From a virus (lineage: Duplodnaviria > Caudoviricetes), in the IMG/VR virus record IMGVR_UViG_3300024229_000651: 64,000 bases of DNA. One strand, written 5' to 3'. The notes under the pieces are model-generated. The model had not been told where the DNA came from, did not search any database, and saw only the letters and a list, made by a program, of their open reading frames with translations. How positions within the stretch are numbered: the stretch's first letter is position 1; each line of letters begins with the position of its first letter. Both the position numbers and the translations under genes were made by a program. This document shows positions 19,350 through 28,083 of this stretch, piece by piece.

Positions 19350-19706
19350 TTAAACTGCAAGCAGTTCTTTAATTTTCTTCAGTGCCATATCAAATCCTCT
19401 CATACGTCTCATTGAGATTCTTGCAGGCGTTACATACTGGAAGTCAGAAAGTTCCATGTCCTTAATACCAGCGTAGTTTGTCGATTTTAAATCGTCAATC
19501 ATTGCTGTTAATATACCCTTAACAAACATACCCGAACTGTCATGATATATCTCTCCGTCAATGAGAGCTATCCAAACATCGGTGGCACATCCGACTACTT
19601 TATTTTCGTGTAGTCTAAGGTCTGCAGGAGGATCTTCATAATCGTAATCCATCATTACTTCATAAAAATCTTCGTGAGATAATTCTATTAAAAATTCTTT
19701 GTCCAT
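19350..19706 (-). CDS. Hypothetical protein, 118 aa
   Basis: Own sigma70 promoter upstream. Confidence 0.65.
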   Translation of the reverse strand: MDKEFLIELSHEDFYEVMMDYDYEDPPADLRLHENKVVGCATDVWIALIDGEIYHDSSGMFVKGILTAMIDDLKSTNYAGIKDMELSDFQYVTPARISMRRMRGFDMALKKIKELLAV

Positions 19707-19711
19707 AGTGT

Positions 19712-19740
19712 ATTATACTTTAAAACTGTTTGATAGTCAA
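19712..19740 (-). promoter_or_regulatory. sigma70-like promoter, leaderless spacing
   Basis: TTGACT-17-TATAAT, 5 nt to the ATG. Confidence 0.72.
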
Positions 19741-19774
19741 TAGTATTTAATGACTTTTGAGGGGTAGCACAAAC

Positions 19775-19802
19775 AAAAATGGTGCGCATTTAGCGCACCA
19801 TT
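19775..19802 (-). terminator. Rho-independent terminator
   Basis: AATGGTGCGC-TAAAT-GCGCACCATT followed by a T run on the minus strand. Confidence 0.8.
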
Positions 19803-19823
19803 AGTGTAAAGCATTAAGATAAA

Positions 19824-20237
19824 TTAATTGACTTCGACGCTGTAACCAGACGCTAAGATTAAGGATTCGATCTCTGCATCGTCTGATATTTCAGAAATGC
19901 TAGTACTGTCTCCGTTGTCTGCTTTATAAAATACGCCTTCTTTGACAAACCATGCTCTGTACTTAACGCCTTCATCTGCAATTTCGTCATCGAAATGTAT
20001 AGCTTTGTAGCCATCAAAGTCTGATGGACCTGAACCATTTGGTTCTTCTGCACCAATACTATAGTCACTTGCAGTAACTTTTGCATTTAGCAGTGCGTCT
20101 ACAGCAGCCTTGTCGCTTGCGTCATTTAGTACCCAGGCACCGCTGTCACCTTGAACAAAATACGCTTTGTACTCTGCGCTATCTTCTATTAAATCTATGT
20201 GTGCTCTAAGTGCTTTTTCGTCTGAATAAGATGCCAT
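19824..20237 (-). CDS. Acidic hypothetical protein with an internal duplication
   Basis: Two halves: AHIDLIEDSAEYKAYFV and AIHFDDEIADEGVKYRAWFV. Confidence 0.7.
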   Translation of the reverse strand: MASYSDEKALRAHIDLIEDSAEYKAYFVQGDSGAWVLNDASDKAAVDALLNAKVTASDYSIGAEEPNGSGPSDFDGYKAIHFDDEIADEGVKYRAWFVKEGVFYKADNGDSTSISEISDDAEIESLILASGYSVEVN

Positions 20238-20243
20238 TTTCTA

Positions 20244-20411
20244 TTAGTCCTCTTCTTTTTGTAAAAATGTCCAGATACCATATGCTAAACCTGCCCAAGC
20301 GGCCATTTTAACAATGCCTCCAAACAAAATAATTGCTAAAGATCCAGCAACAATAATGCCGCCGTCCCAACTAGTTCTTTCCTTTAGTCTGTCTTTAACC
20401 CATGTAATCAT
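20244..20411 (-). CDS. Small membrane protein (holin-like?), 55 aa
   Basis: Start refined to MITWVKDRLKERTSWDG by an AAGGAG SD; hydrophobic segments; ATAAATA at 20429-20435. Confidence 0.65.
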   Translation of the reverse strand: MITWVKDRLKERTSWDGGIIVAGSLAIILFGGIVKMAAWAGLAYGIWTFLQKEED

Positions 20412-20427
20412 GATGGTCTCCTTAAAC

Positions 20428-21225
20428 TTATTTATCATTTTTTTCAATTTTGGATGTGTACCTAATGTAATAAGGCATGCCGTGATCCATAACAAAGTCG
20501 AAGAATTGAAACTTTGATAATGCTTTTCCTAATCCTCTGAATTGATCTTTAACTCTCTGCCATGAGGTACATGGACGTATTTGTCCGTAATAATTAATAT
20601 AGTTTAGTTCGCCAGTATGTCTAAACAACATAAATGTAGGTGGTACTTTTGGTACTATGTCGTTATTATTCACGTAACGCTTGTACGCACCAATACCACA
20701 TACATCTAGATGTTTACAGTAACCTTTCGTACCTACTCTAGGTTGTCCGAAAGTTCTCAATTCTTTAATTGGTATGCCGTCTGCTACCAATTGTTCTGCA
20801 ATAATAACTGCCATAGCACCGCCTAAACTGTGACCACAGACATAAACGTCTTGATCTTTTTTACGGCCTTGCCTAATTTCTTCGAGAATCTCAGAGTATA
20901 TTTTGTTTGCATACGTATGAAATCCTCTGTGTACTCTACCGGACACAGGGTGCTTTATTGGATATAAATCTAAGTCTGCTAGGACATCTTTTGCTTCTGT
21001 AGGTTCAGTGCCTCGACATGCTACTACTATACTGTTATCTTTTGTATAGAATATCCACGCTTCTGAACTATCATCGTCGCCACTAATATACTTTGACTTT
21101 GTACGTTGTAGTCCTATCTGCTTTTCTACATTTTTTTGATCTGCTTCGTCTAGATATGCTCTTCCTGCGAGCATTGCAAGTAAAGCAGCTTTTTGGTGTT
21201 CTGTTGCTGTTTTTAATTGCGGCAT
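20428..21225 (-). CDS. Class 3 lipase (alpha/beta hydrolase)
   Basis: VVACRGTE, VHRGF, GHSLGGA nucleophile elbow, TFGQPRVG, DIVPKVPP, terminal DH; start MPQLK with GGAG SD; ATAAATA at 21249-21255. Confidence 0.88.
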   Translation of the reverse strand: MPQLKTATEHQKAALLAMLAGRAYLDEADQKNVEKQIGLQRTKSKYISGDDDSSEAWIFYTKDNSIVVACRGTEPTEAKDVLADLDLYPIKHPVSGRVHRGFHTYANKIYSEILEEIRQGRKKDQDVYVCGHSLGGAMAVIIAEQLVADGIPIKELRTFGQPRVGTKGYCKHLDVCGIGAYKRYVNNNDIVPKVPPTFMLFRHTGELNYINYYGQIRPCTSWQRVKDQFRGLGKALSKFQFFDFVMDHGMPYYIRYTSKIEKNDK

Positions 21226-21264
21226 GTGTAATCTCCGTTTATAAGTGTTATTTATTTTAATCAT

Positions 21265-21290
21265 AAAAAAAGGCAGTTTACACTGCCTTT
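21265..21290 (-). terminator. Rho-independent terminator
   Basis: AAAGGCAGT/ACTGCCTTT stem plus a T tract after the 52-aa ORF. Confidence 0.8.
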
Positions 21291-21305
21291 AGTAATCTCA
21301 CAGAT

Positions 21306-21464
21306 CTATATTTGGGATAAGCATAGGTACATAGTAGCAATAGTCCACATAGATAGAAATGCCCAACCAACAGATTCACAAAATGAACCATCAGCACAGA
21401 CGTTGTCCGCTATATTTTTGATTACCGCCGAGATGTTACTACCCGCTTTTTTCAAGCTAGTCAT
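21306..21464 (-). CDS. Small 52-aa protein with C-terminal hydrophobic helix (not in ORF track)
   Basis: MTSLKKAGSNISAVIKNIADNVCADGSFCESVGWAFLSMWTIATMYLCLSQI; AGGAGA SD, own promoter motif and terminator. Confidence 0.72.
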   Translation of the reverse strand: MTSLKKAGSNISAVIKNIADNVCADGSFCESVGWAFLSMWTIATMYLCLSQI

Positions 21465-21605
21465 GTTTTTCTCCTGAGTCTAATATAATATTAGCACCCG
21501 CTTTCACTACCCCTCTCGGGCATAGCTCAGTGTGTTAAGACCCTCTTACGAGGCATCAGTAAACACATTGTTGTGGAAGTGCGTTGTGCGAATTACTTCC
21601 AATTG
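21465..21605 (-). ncRNA. Candidate structured 5' leader RNA (unassigned family)
   Basis: GGAAGT/ACTTCC stem; GTGTT/AACAC stem enclosing CCTC-GTAA-GAGG; GCTATGCCC-GAGA-GGGGTAGT; CTAAT/ATTAG; CTGAG/CTCAG stem overlapping the SD; two GNRA tetraloops. Confidence 0.55.
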
Positions 21606-21612
21606 TATTTAT
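21606..21612 (-). promoter_or_regulatory. Late-promoter-like ATAAATA
   Basis: GATAAATAC at the 5' end of the structured leader; TGTGTA-N7-TACACA inverted repeat just upstream (21616-21634). Confidence 0.6.
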
Positions 21613-21658
21613 CAATGTGTAACTATACTACACAGTTTATTGGTTTTTTGTTACCTTA

Positions 21659-23509
21659 TTAAACGGAAATGACGCTTTTGCCAAAGCCTTGGCGGCGCCT
21701 AAAGTAAAGACGGTTTAGGTATTCCTCACCTTTCACATTTTCACTAATGTCAAACGTGTAATTGTAAGTACCATCTTTAAAACTGTCTATGTGATTTATG
21801 AATTGAAAGAAGTTATGATTGTACTGCCTCTCATATGGATACGATGTGTCCATGCTTGTTACAAAATTATGCTGATAATCCATTAATTCTTCAAATAGGT
21901 CGCTGTCTAATTCGCACCATTCTGAACTGAATACTTTGTGCACAAAATCGAACACTATATCGCTGTTAGCGTGGAATTCTTTTTGTGCATCCCACATAAG
22001 TGTGTGCCCGCTAAAGCCATCGCTCTTGCCTGTTTCTAGGTAGTATGCTAATTTTTCTACTGTTGCTCTATTAACGTCACCAATGAATCCTTTATCATTA
22101 ATCACAGCATCGTATACTCTGTCATATGTTTCTAAGTAGGTAACGTTCTTGTATGATCTTAGAAACCTTGCAAGTGCCTGGCTCCATCCAAAGTTGTGGA
22201 AGTTATTGATCACCCAGGCATAGTTCCAACTATCGATAAATTTTTGTCTAGGCATGTACTTTGTGCCAGTAACAAGTTCTACCTTCTCTGGTATATTATC
22301 CTCTTCCTCAAAGCCACTGATATAGTTTTCCACAACAACTGTTGTTATGCCATGAGTTTCTCGTTGGGTAGGAGTATTCATTTCTGCATTCTCTAGCAAC
22401 TGTGCAAGCCAGCTTTCGATAGCATTGTGTTGTCCCGCTTCTATGACTTCGCATATACCTCTGCGCCAACTGTTAAACGTTTCCTTGGGTAATCCTAATA
22501 TTAACTCTGTGTAACTAGGGATGTTTTCCTTGTTGCACTTGTCGAAGATCATTTTTAGATCACTAATTTCCATGTTACGTCTACGGATCTCAGTGAGTAC
22601 GTCCATGTCCATGCTTTGTACACTTAATGTAAGTCCTCTATTGAACCCGCTACTAATAAACTTTTTAACAATTTCTAGGATTTCGTCACTACTGTTCTTA
22701 TACCATGTTGCATCAACAACTTTTGGGAATCCGTATTTGTCTTGCAGTTTCACAAGCTCTTCGGTGACTTCTAAATCTCTGTCAGTGAATACACCAAAGT
22801 TAGCATCTGCTATTGTAACGTAATCAACTTTATGTTCTGCCATCCATACAAGCTCTTGCAGAACCTTTGGCATAGGAAATTTTCGTATCTTTGCATACGT
22901 TAAACTGCCCCAGTCGCAGAATGTGCATGCAAACGGGCATCCTCTGTTTGTTTCTAATGTGCCATTCCAAACAACATCTGGATTATCTTTGTAAATTTTA
23001 TCAAATACACCCGTAGTGTAAGGACTAGGTATTTCTAAGTCGTCTAGTCTGCCTCCGAGATATATTTGTTTGAGTGGTTCTTTGTTATGGAAAGTTTCTA
23101 ATATTTCAACAAATGTCTCTTCGCCTTCATTAAGGGAAATAACATCCACAAAAGGATTATTATCAAAAAACTTTTCTTCTTCTGGTCGGTTGGTAACTTG
23201 TGGACCTCCGAATACAATCGTTATACTAGGATTATATTCTTTTAGCCTACGAGCTATTTCTTTGTTGTATTCCCAGTTCCACATATAGCAACTGAAGAAT
23301 GCTATATCAGAATCCTTAACTCGGCTAACTAACGTGTCTGGGTCTTCTCGCCTAAATATTAAATCGTGTAATTCAAAATTCTGATTTACTACATCAAACT
23401 GATTACCATAACTCCATAGGCATCCTACAGAATACGGTAACCAGTAGCCTGCTAACGATCCCAGGCCGATTTTAAAGTTAGGTTGTACTAACAATACTTT
23501 ATGTTTCAC
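21659..23509 (-). CDS. B12-binding radical SAM protein
   Basis: N-terminal cobalamin-binding-like domain (FSCYMWN, VFGGPQV), RGCPFACTFCDWG CxxxCxxC motif, ELILGLP. Confidence 0.88.
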   Translation of the reverse strand: MKHKVLLVQPNFKIGLGSLAGYWLPYSVGCLWSYGNQFDVVNQNFELHDLIFRREDPDTLVSRVKDSDIAFFSCYMWNWEYNKEIARRLKEYNPSITIVFGGPQVTNRPEEEKFFDNNPFVDVISLNEGEETFVEILETFHNKEPLKQIYLGGRLDDLEIPSPYTTGVFDKIYKDNPDVVWNGTLETNRGCPFACTFCDWGSLTYAKIRKFPMPKVLQELVWMAEHKVDYVTIADANFGVFTDRDLEVTEELVKLQDKYGFPKVVDATWYKNSSDEILEIVKKFISSGFNRGLTLSVQSMDMDVLTEIRRRNMEISDLKMIFDKCNKENIPSYTELILGLPKETFNSWRRGICEVIEAGQHNAIESWLAQLLENAEMNTPTQRETHGITTVVVENYISGFEEEDNIPEKVELVTGTKYMPRQKFIDSWNYAWVINNFHNFGWSQALARFLRSYKNVTYLETYDRVYDAVINDKGFIGDVNRATVEKLAYYLETGKSDGFSGHTLMWDAQKEFHANSDIVFDFVHKVFSSEWCELDSDLFEELMDYQHNFVTSMDTSYPYERQYNHNFFQFINHIDSFKDGTYNYTFDISENVKGEEYLNRLYFRRRQGFGKSVISV

Positions 23510-23530
23510 AGTACTACCTTGTTGTCAGAC

Positions 23531-23860
23531 TTACTTAGATGATGCGTCGAATACTTGTTGTACTAGAGCTTCTTTCTTTTTACGTCTGTCGATTTCAATA
23601 CCAAAAGTTCTACCTAATTCTTCCAGCTGCGATTTGGTCATTCTACCTAGTGATGCTAGGGTAACGCCCTTTTCAACTGTAACTGCAGGCTCTGCTTTTT
23701 TTGTTACTTTAGCCTTTTTCACAGCAGGCTTCTTGGGTGCTGCTTTCTTCTTGGGTGCTGCTTTCTTCTTAGGTGTTGCTTTCTCATCAGCCTTTGTTTC
23801 AGCTTTTTTTGGCTCTGCTACAGGAACACCTACGAACACACTTTGTAACCATTTAAACAT
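23531..23860 (-). CDS. Lys/Ala-rich (KKAAPK) protein with C-terminal Rho_N/HeH-like motif
   Basis: KKAAPK repeats; MTKSQLEELGRTFGIEIDRRKKKEALV. Confidence 0.7.
   Translation of the reverse strand: MFKWLQSVFVGVPVAEPKKAETKADEKATPKKKAAPKKKAAPKKPAVKKAKVTKKAEPAVTVEKGVTLASLGRMTKSQLEELGRTFGIEIDRRKKKEALVQQVFDASSK
23729..23782 (-). repeat. 3 x 18-bp coding repeat
   Basis: cttcttgggtgctgcttt twice plus one variant copy. Confidence 0.85.
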
Positions 23861-23862
23861 TA

Positions 23863-24807
23863 TTAGCTCCTATCTAGTTTGTCTAGTTGTTCAAATCTAT
23901 CTTTAAATACAGGGTGGGTTAAGTTCAACGGATTGTTTCTCTTATACGCTGTGTTGCGTATTCGATTATAAGCCAGCTGCGCTTTATTTTTAACGTCCAC
24001 ATCTTTAATCTTATTTATATATGTTCCTACTGCCTTTGGTGTTAATCTAGGCAGAGACATAAATTCAAATAGGAAAATATCAAATTCTATATATTGCATT
24101 CCTAGCTGATCAGCATCACTATTACTTATACCTAAGCCGTCTGTAGGTAGTGCACTAATTGTTGGTTCTGGAACACCCATTATACGTGCAGTCATCGGTA
24201 CTTCCCAACTCTTACTTAAACTTTGGATTGGTGCAACATCACCAACGTCACCGTGTAGTGTCCAAAAGCCTGCGGCTAGTTCACTAAAGTTGTCTGTACT
24301 ACCAACACAGCCACCTAGTTTGTGTGCTAAGTTATACAGAGTCATCATTCTTAATCTTGCCCTAATATTACCTTGACGTTGCAGTCCTCGATATGTAGTC
24401 TCTGTCTCTGCAAGGTAGTCTTTCAAAAAATCATACGGCTCGGAAAGGTCAAATTCGTATCTTTCTAACCGTAGCATATCAATTGCTTCGATACCGCGAA
24501 CTGTCTCTTCCATTTTTTGATGTATAGGTAATGTAACTCCGTGTACATGCCAGCCTGCTTCTTTGAACAGCGCAGCAGTTGTTGCGCTATCCACGCCGCC
24601 ACTCATACCAATAACTACATCGTCGAGCTTGTGATCTTTTCGATAATCACCTAGCTGTTTTACTAGCTTGAACGCTGTAGATTCTAACTTCTTTTTTGTT
24701 GGGTACACTCCTAATTTTATATGCCATTTTAATTTGTCAATAAACCAGTCGTTGATCGGACTACCGTCACCTGGAGTTATTTCCAGTATCTCATCCATTA
24801 ATGTCAT
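23863..24807 (-). CDS. nadE: NH3-dependent NAD+ synthetase
   Basis: GMSGGVDSA, GNIRARLRMMTLY, STDNFSE, GDVAPI, PTDGL. Confidence 0.9.
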   Translation of the reverse strand: MTLMDEILEITPGDGSPINDWFIDKLKWHIKLGVYPTKKKLESTAFKLVKQLGDYRKDHKLDDVVIGMSGGVDSATTAALFKEAGWHVHGVTLPIHQKMEETVRGIEAIDMLRLERYEFDLSEPYDFLKDYLAETETTYRGLQRQGNIRARLRMMTLYNLAHKLGGCVGSTDNFSELAAGFWTLHGDVGDVAPIQSLSKSWEVPMTARIMGVPEPTISALPTDGLGISNSDADQLGMQYIEFDIFLFEFMSLPRLTPKAVGTYINKIKDVDVKNKAQLAYNRIRNTAYKRNNPLNLTHPVFKDRFEQLDKLDRS

Positions 24808-25306
24808 TCTTTACCTCCTCAGGCGTTCTCCAAATAATCATTTTACCTATTTGGTCTCTCTTTATGTTTTGTGTTTTCCAGTATTTCAAATCTTTCATTA
24901 TCCCATCGGGACTCTTAAAAAATGTGCTATTCTTTTTGCGTCTACCCTTTATAAAAAATGTCATAGCATGTCCGCCTTCTGGTATCTGAACACGGTGAAA
25001 TTCATCGTGTCTTCTAAAGGCACACCAACCAGGTCCTCGCCATTCCTTTTTATCGCCAGTGATCTCGTAATATCCACCAGACAATACTAATGTAAAATAT
25101 CCCCATGGGTGGTTATGTTCGACGTCTAAGTCGCTAGATGTGAATAAGTTAAAACAAACACGGCTTTCGCTGTACAGTCCGGCTACACCCTTAACTAGTT
25201 TATTACCGAATGGATATACTCTGTGCAAGTAGTACGTGCTTGTGTAGATGTTCTGTAATGACTCAGCGCCTTTAATTTTGGCGAGCCACCAAAAAAACCT
25301 TTTCAT
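24791..25306 (-). CDS. Cupin-fold protein
   Basis: EHNHPWGYFTLVLSGGYYE...HRV; paralog of 53342-53767. Confidence 0.65.
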   Translation of the reverse strand: MKRFFWWLAKIKGAESLQNIYTSTYYLHRVYPFGNKLVKGVAGLYSESRVCFNLFTSSDLDVEHNHPWGYFTLVLSGGYYEITGDKKEWRGPGWCAFRRHDEFHRVQIPEGGHAMTFFIKGRRKKNSTFFKSPDGIMKDLKYWKTQNIKRDQIGKMIIWRTPEEVKNDING

Positions 25307-25334
25307 ATAGGATGCTCAATAATTTACGTTTTAT

Positions 25335-26651
25335 TTACTTAAAGTTTAATTGTTCCGCAACTTTTCCCGGGTCAAAGCCGCCTTTGATAAACTCAGCGAT
25401 ATTGTTATAATTGTGTGCTGAAATACGTTTAATTAAATCAACATCATATTGTTTGCCATTCTTCATATCATTAATTATTTCGCAGATATTGTTGTTTGTT
25501 TCCTCAAAGTCTTTGCCTATGTAGTTACCAAATACATCCATGTACAAATCGAAACCCCATTCTTCTAACTGTTGATATAAGATATTTGTAGTAACTAATA
25601 AAAAGGGTTTGCCTAACAGTAGCATCCTGCTTGTCTTCTCTGTTAATTGAGATATTGGAAATGGTTTGCTGTTATTATGTGAAATTCCGAATTCGATAAT
25701 TTTACTACTAGGCTCTGCAACACTTTCAACTATTACTTCCAACTTAGAATTAAAAAAGCAATGCTGATTATATGTATAGGCACCGGCGCCGCCACAATCG
25801 AAGCCTGGTGCAAGATCTCCCGGCAAATTTGGAATTGTATCTGGGAAGTTTGTGTAGTCAACTGGCTCAGTTAATATATTCTCTAAATGGTTTCGATGTT
25901 CTTCTAGCCTGTCCGAGTTCCAAGATTCGCAATAGGTTCCTATATATCCTTTATCTGCAAGGCCTTTAATTTTTAATTTATTATATAAATCAAGCCTAAA
26001 CGTTTTAAAAGTTCCTAGTGAAAGAGTATAGTCGTGGCTGAGTGTGTTCCAGTTCTCATAATAATTTAGTAATGCTGCGTTGTGTTGATCCCAGTCATGC
26101 CTTTCCCTTACATCGGATTTTTTTAATAATCTCCTTTTAAATGTTGGTACCTCTGGGTGACATTGCTGAAGCCATTGTTTACTCCAAGAATGTGATGATA
26201 AGAATTTTACATCACTGTTTACAACATTCATATCCGGTGCTGAATTATCTATTATAAACGAAACGTTATTAAAGTTGGACAAGTACTCTTTATCTAACGT
26301 GTATCGCTGCTTATGTCCCCAATACTGATCCATATACTGATAACCGGTAGGCTTGGTTTCTAAGGATACAATAATGATATCTCTGCCGCCCATAATCTCT
26401 ATGGCTTTTTCCTGATTAAGTGCATACCAAAAGAAGTCAGAGATAACAATTTTCTCATTATCCGACATTGTTAAATTTGGAAGTTGCTCAGGTGTTGCTG
26501 TTCTAACTCGAAGGTCCAGTAAGTCAGACCATGTTAAAAATATGTCCTTAGAGAGTGTTGCTTCAAAATCCCATTCTAGTTCTATTGTCCACGAAAGATC
26601 AAAAATATTTTTATCTCTTCGCCTGGGTGTTATTATTGTAGCATCAAACAT
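25335..26651 (-). CDS. Putative glycosyltransferase (GT10-like E...TEK motif)
   Basis: VIVES...QLTEKTSRMLLLGKPF...GFDLY. Confidence 0.5.
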   Translation of the reverse strand: MFDATIITPRRRDKNIFDLSWTIELEWDFEATLSKDIFLTWSDLLDLRVRTATPEQLPNLTMSDNEKIVISDFFWYALNQEKAIEIMGGRDIIIVSLETKPTGYQYMDQYWGHKQRYTLDKEYLSNFNNVSFIIDNSAPDMNVVNSDVKFLSSHSWSKQWLQQCHPEVPTFKRRLLKKSDVRERHDWDQHNAALLNYYENWNTLSHDYTLSLGTFKTFRLDLYNKLKIKGLADKGYIGTYCESWNSDRLEEHRNHLENILTEPVDYTNFPDTIPNLPGDLAPGFDCGGAGAYTYNQHCFFNSKLEVIVESVAEPSSKIIEFGISHNNSKPFPISQLTEKTSRMLLLGKPFLLVTTNILYQQLEEWGFDLYMDVFGNYIGKDFEETNNNICEIINDMKNGKQYDVDLIKRISAHNYNNIAEFIKGGFDPGKVAEQLNFK

Positions 26652-28023
26652 TTAACGACTCCGAATAATCTATTAATCCCATTTCATCCAAATGTTTGTA
26701 ATTATGTTCTAATACTTCTTGCATATCTTTATACATTTCTAGCCACTCAGCGTTTGATTTATTTTTAAGTTCTTGTGTTAATTTACAAATAGCGTCCATC
26801 CTAGCTGTAGGAGTAACTATAGTATCATAACTTTCGTCCCACCATGTATCAAAAGTTTTAAACCCTAGTTGTTTGAGCTGTGCAAGCGAGTTTGGGTGCC
26901 CGGCAAGTACAAACGGTTGGTGACATAGCATTGGTTTAAATATTTTTTCTGACAAGAAGCATGCTGTTTCACGTTCTTCGTTGAACGCTGTTTCAGGGAT
27001 AAGACTGAACCATGTTCTCAGATATGTCTCTTTAAACATCGTCCAAACATGATTCTGATTAAAATCCGATTGATCTAACACACACGGTAATTTTTTAATA
27101 AAGCTATCGATATTATCACTAGTAAAAGCTGGGTGTGAGTCCCAATCGTATGGTATTGCATGTTCAGGTTTTATAGGCTCCTTGGATAGGCCTGGGTGGC
27201 CTCCTAGGTGTGCAGAGTGGCTGATATCACTTATTTTAGGATCCAATAAGTTGTAATAATTAAGCATAACACATAGTGCTATTCTATGTTGGCGTGTTAC
27301 TCTGTTTAGACAACTAAAACTTTTCATTTCAGTTGTGTCTGATTTGTATTTTATTTGCTCTTCAAAAGAAATTGAATCTTCTTGATTGTGAAACTTTAGC
27401 AAACCGCAAAACGGTATAGATGACACAATGTTAAGTTTATGTTGCTTATCACTGTAATACTTGTCGTGTATTTGTTTTTCTAATAAGTTTGACGTTGTAA
27501 TAATAATCTGGGAAGGTAGAATATTATAAGCCTCGCAATTATGATAAAACACATCATAAAAATTTTTAGGTTCATTGACGTATCTTGTATAAAGCAATGA
27601 GTCGTAGTCTGAAGGAATAACATCTACATCTAAAATTGTTTTATTTTGCATGAGGGGGAAACCTTCCCAACCTTGATCGATGTGTAAAATAGCTCTACGC
27701 TCTTGCAAGGCCTTCATTACTATTGGTCTACTCAGTTGTATTACATCAAATAAATTAACTCGTTGCCCGGTTCTGTAACCGCCAAACCAATTTGCTGGTG
27801 ACCCGAGTGTGCCAATTTGGTATATAAATTTCTTTAATTTTTTGGCTTCGGTTAACGATGCATCTTTGCAGTCGCCTGTTTGTTTACAAAATGGTATAAG
27901 AGAGTTGCTACCAGGAGCAAAACGTCCTGCGAATCTAGAGTCCATTAAGTTGTAATTATTTTCAGCTAAGGGTCTGTCCCATACAAAATAATACTCATTA
28001 GTGTCTGCTGTCAATGTATACAA
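26644..28023 (-). CDS. Putative glycosyltransferase (GT10-like E...SEK motif)
   Basis: FSCLNR, SLIPET...FLSEKIFKPMLCHQPF...GFKTF..WDESYD. Confidence 0.5.
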   Translation of the reverse strand: MYTLTADTNEYYFVWDRPLAENNYNLMDSRFAGRFAPGSNSLIPFCKQTGDCKDASLTEAKKLKKFIYQIGTLGSPANWFGGYRTGQRVNLFDVIQLSRPIVMKALQERRAILHIDQGWEGFPLMQNKTILDVDVIPSDYDSLLYTRYVNEPKNFYDVFYHNCEAYNILPSQIIITTSNLLEKQIHDKYYSDKQHKLNIVSSIPFCGLLKFHNQEDSISFEEQIKYKSDTTEMKSFSCLNRVTRQHRIALCVMLNYYNLLDPKISDISHSAHLGGHPGLSKEPIKPEHAIPYDWDSHPAFTSDNIDSFIKKLPCVLDQSDFNQNHVWTMFKETYLRTWFSLIPETAFNEERETACFLSEKIFKPMLCHQPFVLAGHPNSLAQLKQLGFKTFDTWWDESYDTIVTPTARMDAICKLTQELKNKSNAEWLEMYKDMQEVLEHNYKHLDEMGLIDYSESLNV

Positions 28024-28042
28024 TCTCTCTAATTTAAAAGAT

Positions 28043-28067
28043 AAAAAAAGCGGGTTTCCCCGCTTTT
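28043..28067 (-). terminator. Rho-independent terminator
   Basis: AAAAGCGGG/CCCGCTTTT stem with a T tract after the nitroreductase gene. Confidence 0.8.
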
Positions 28068-28083
28068 ATTTATTAGACTAAAA

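Noticed and set aside
21500-21562. Hammerhead ribozyme (CTGATG...CTGA...GAAA on the minus strand)
   Set aside because: Neither CUGA is followed by the required NGA, and stems I/III around a UH cleavage site cannot be built.
21575-21605. glnA/Downstream-peptide glutamine riboswitch (GGAAGTAA present)
   Set aside because: The flanking CGUU and GAAGGAACG elements are absent, and GGAAGT is tied up in a local hairpin.
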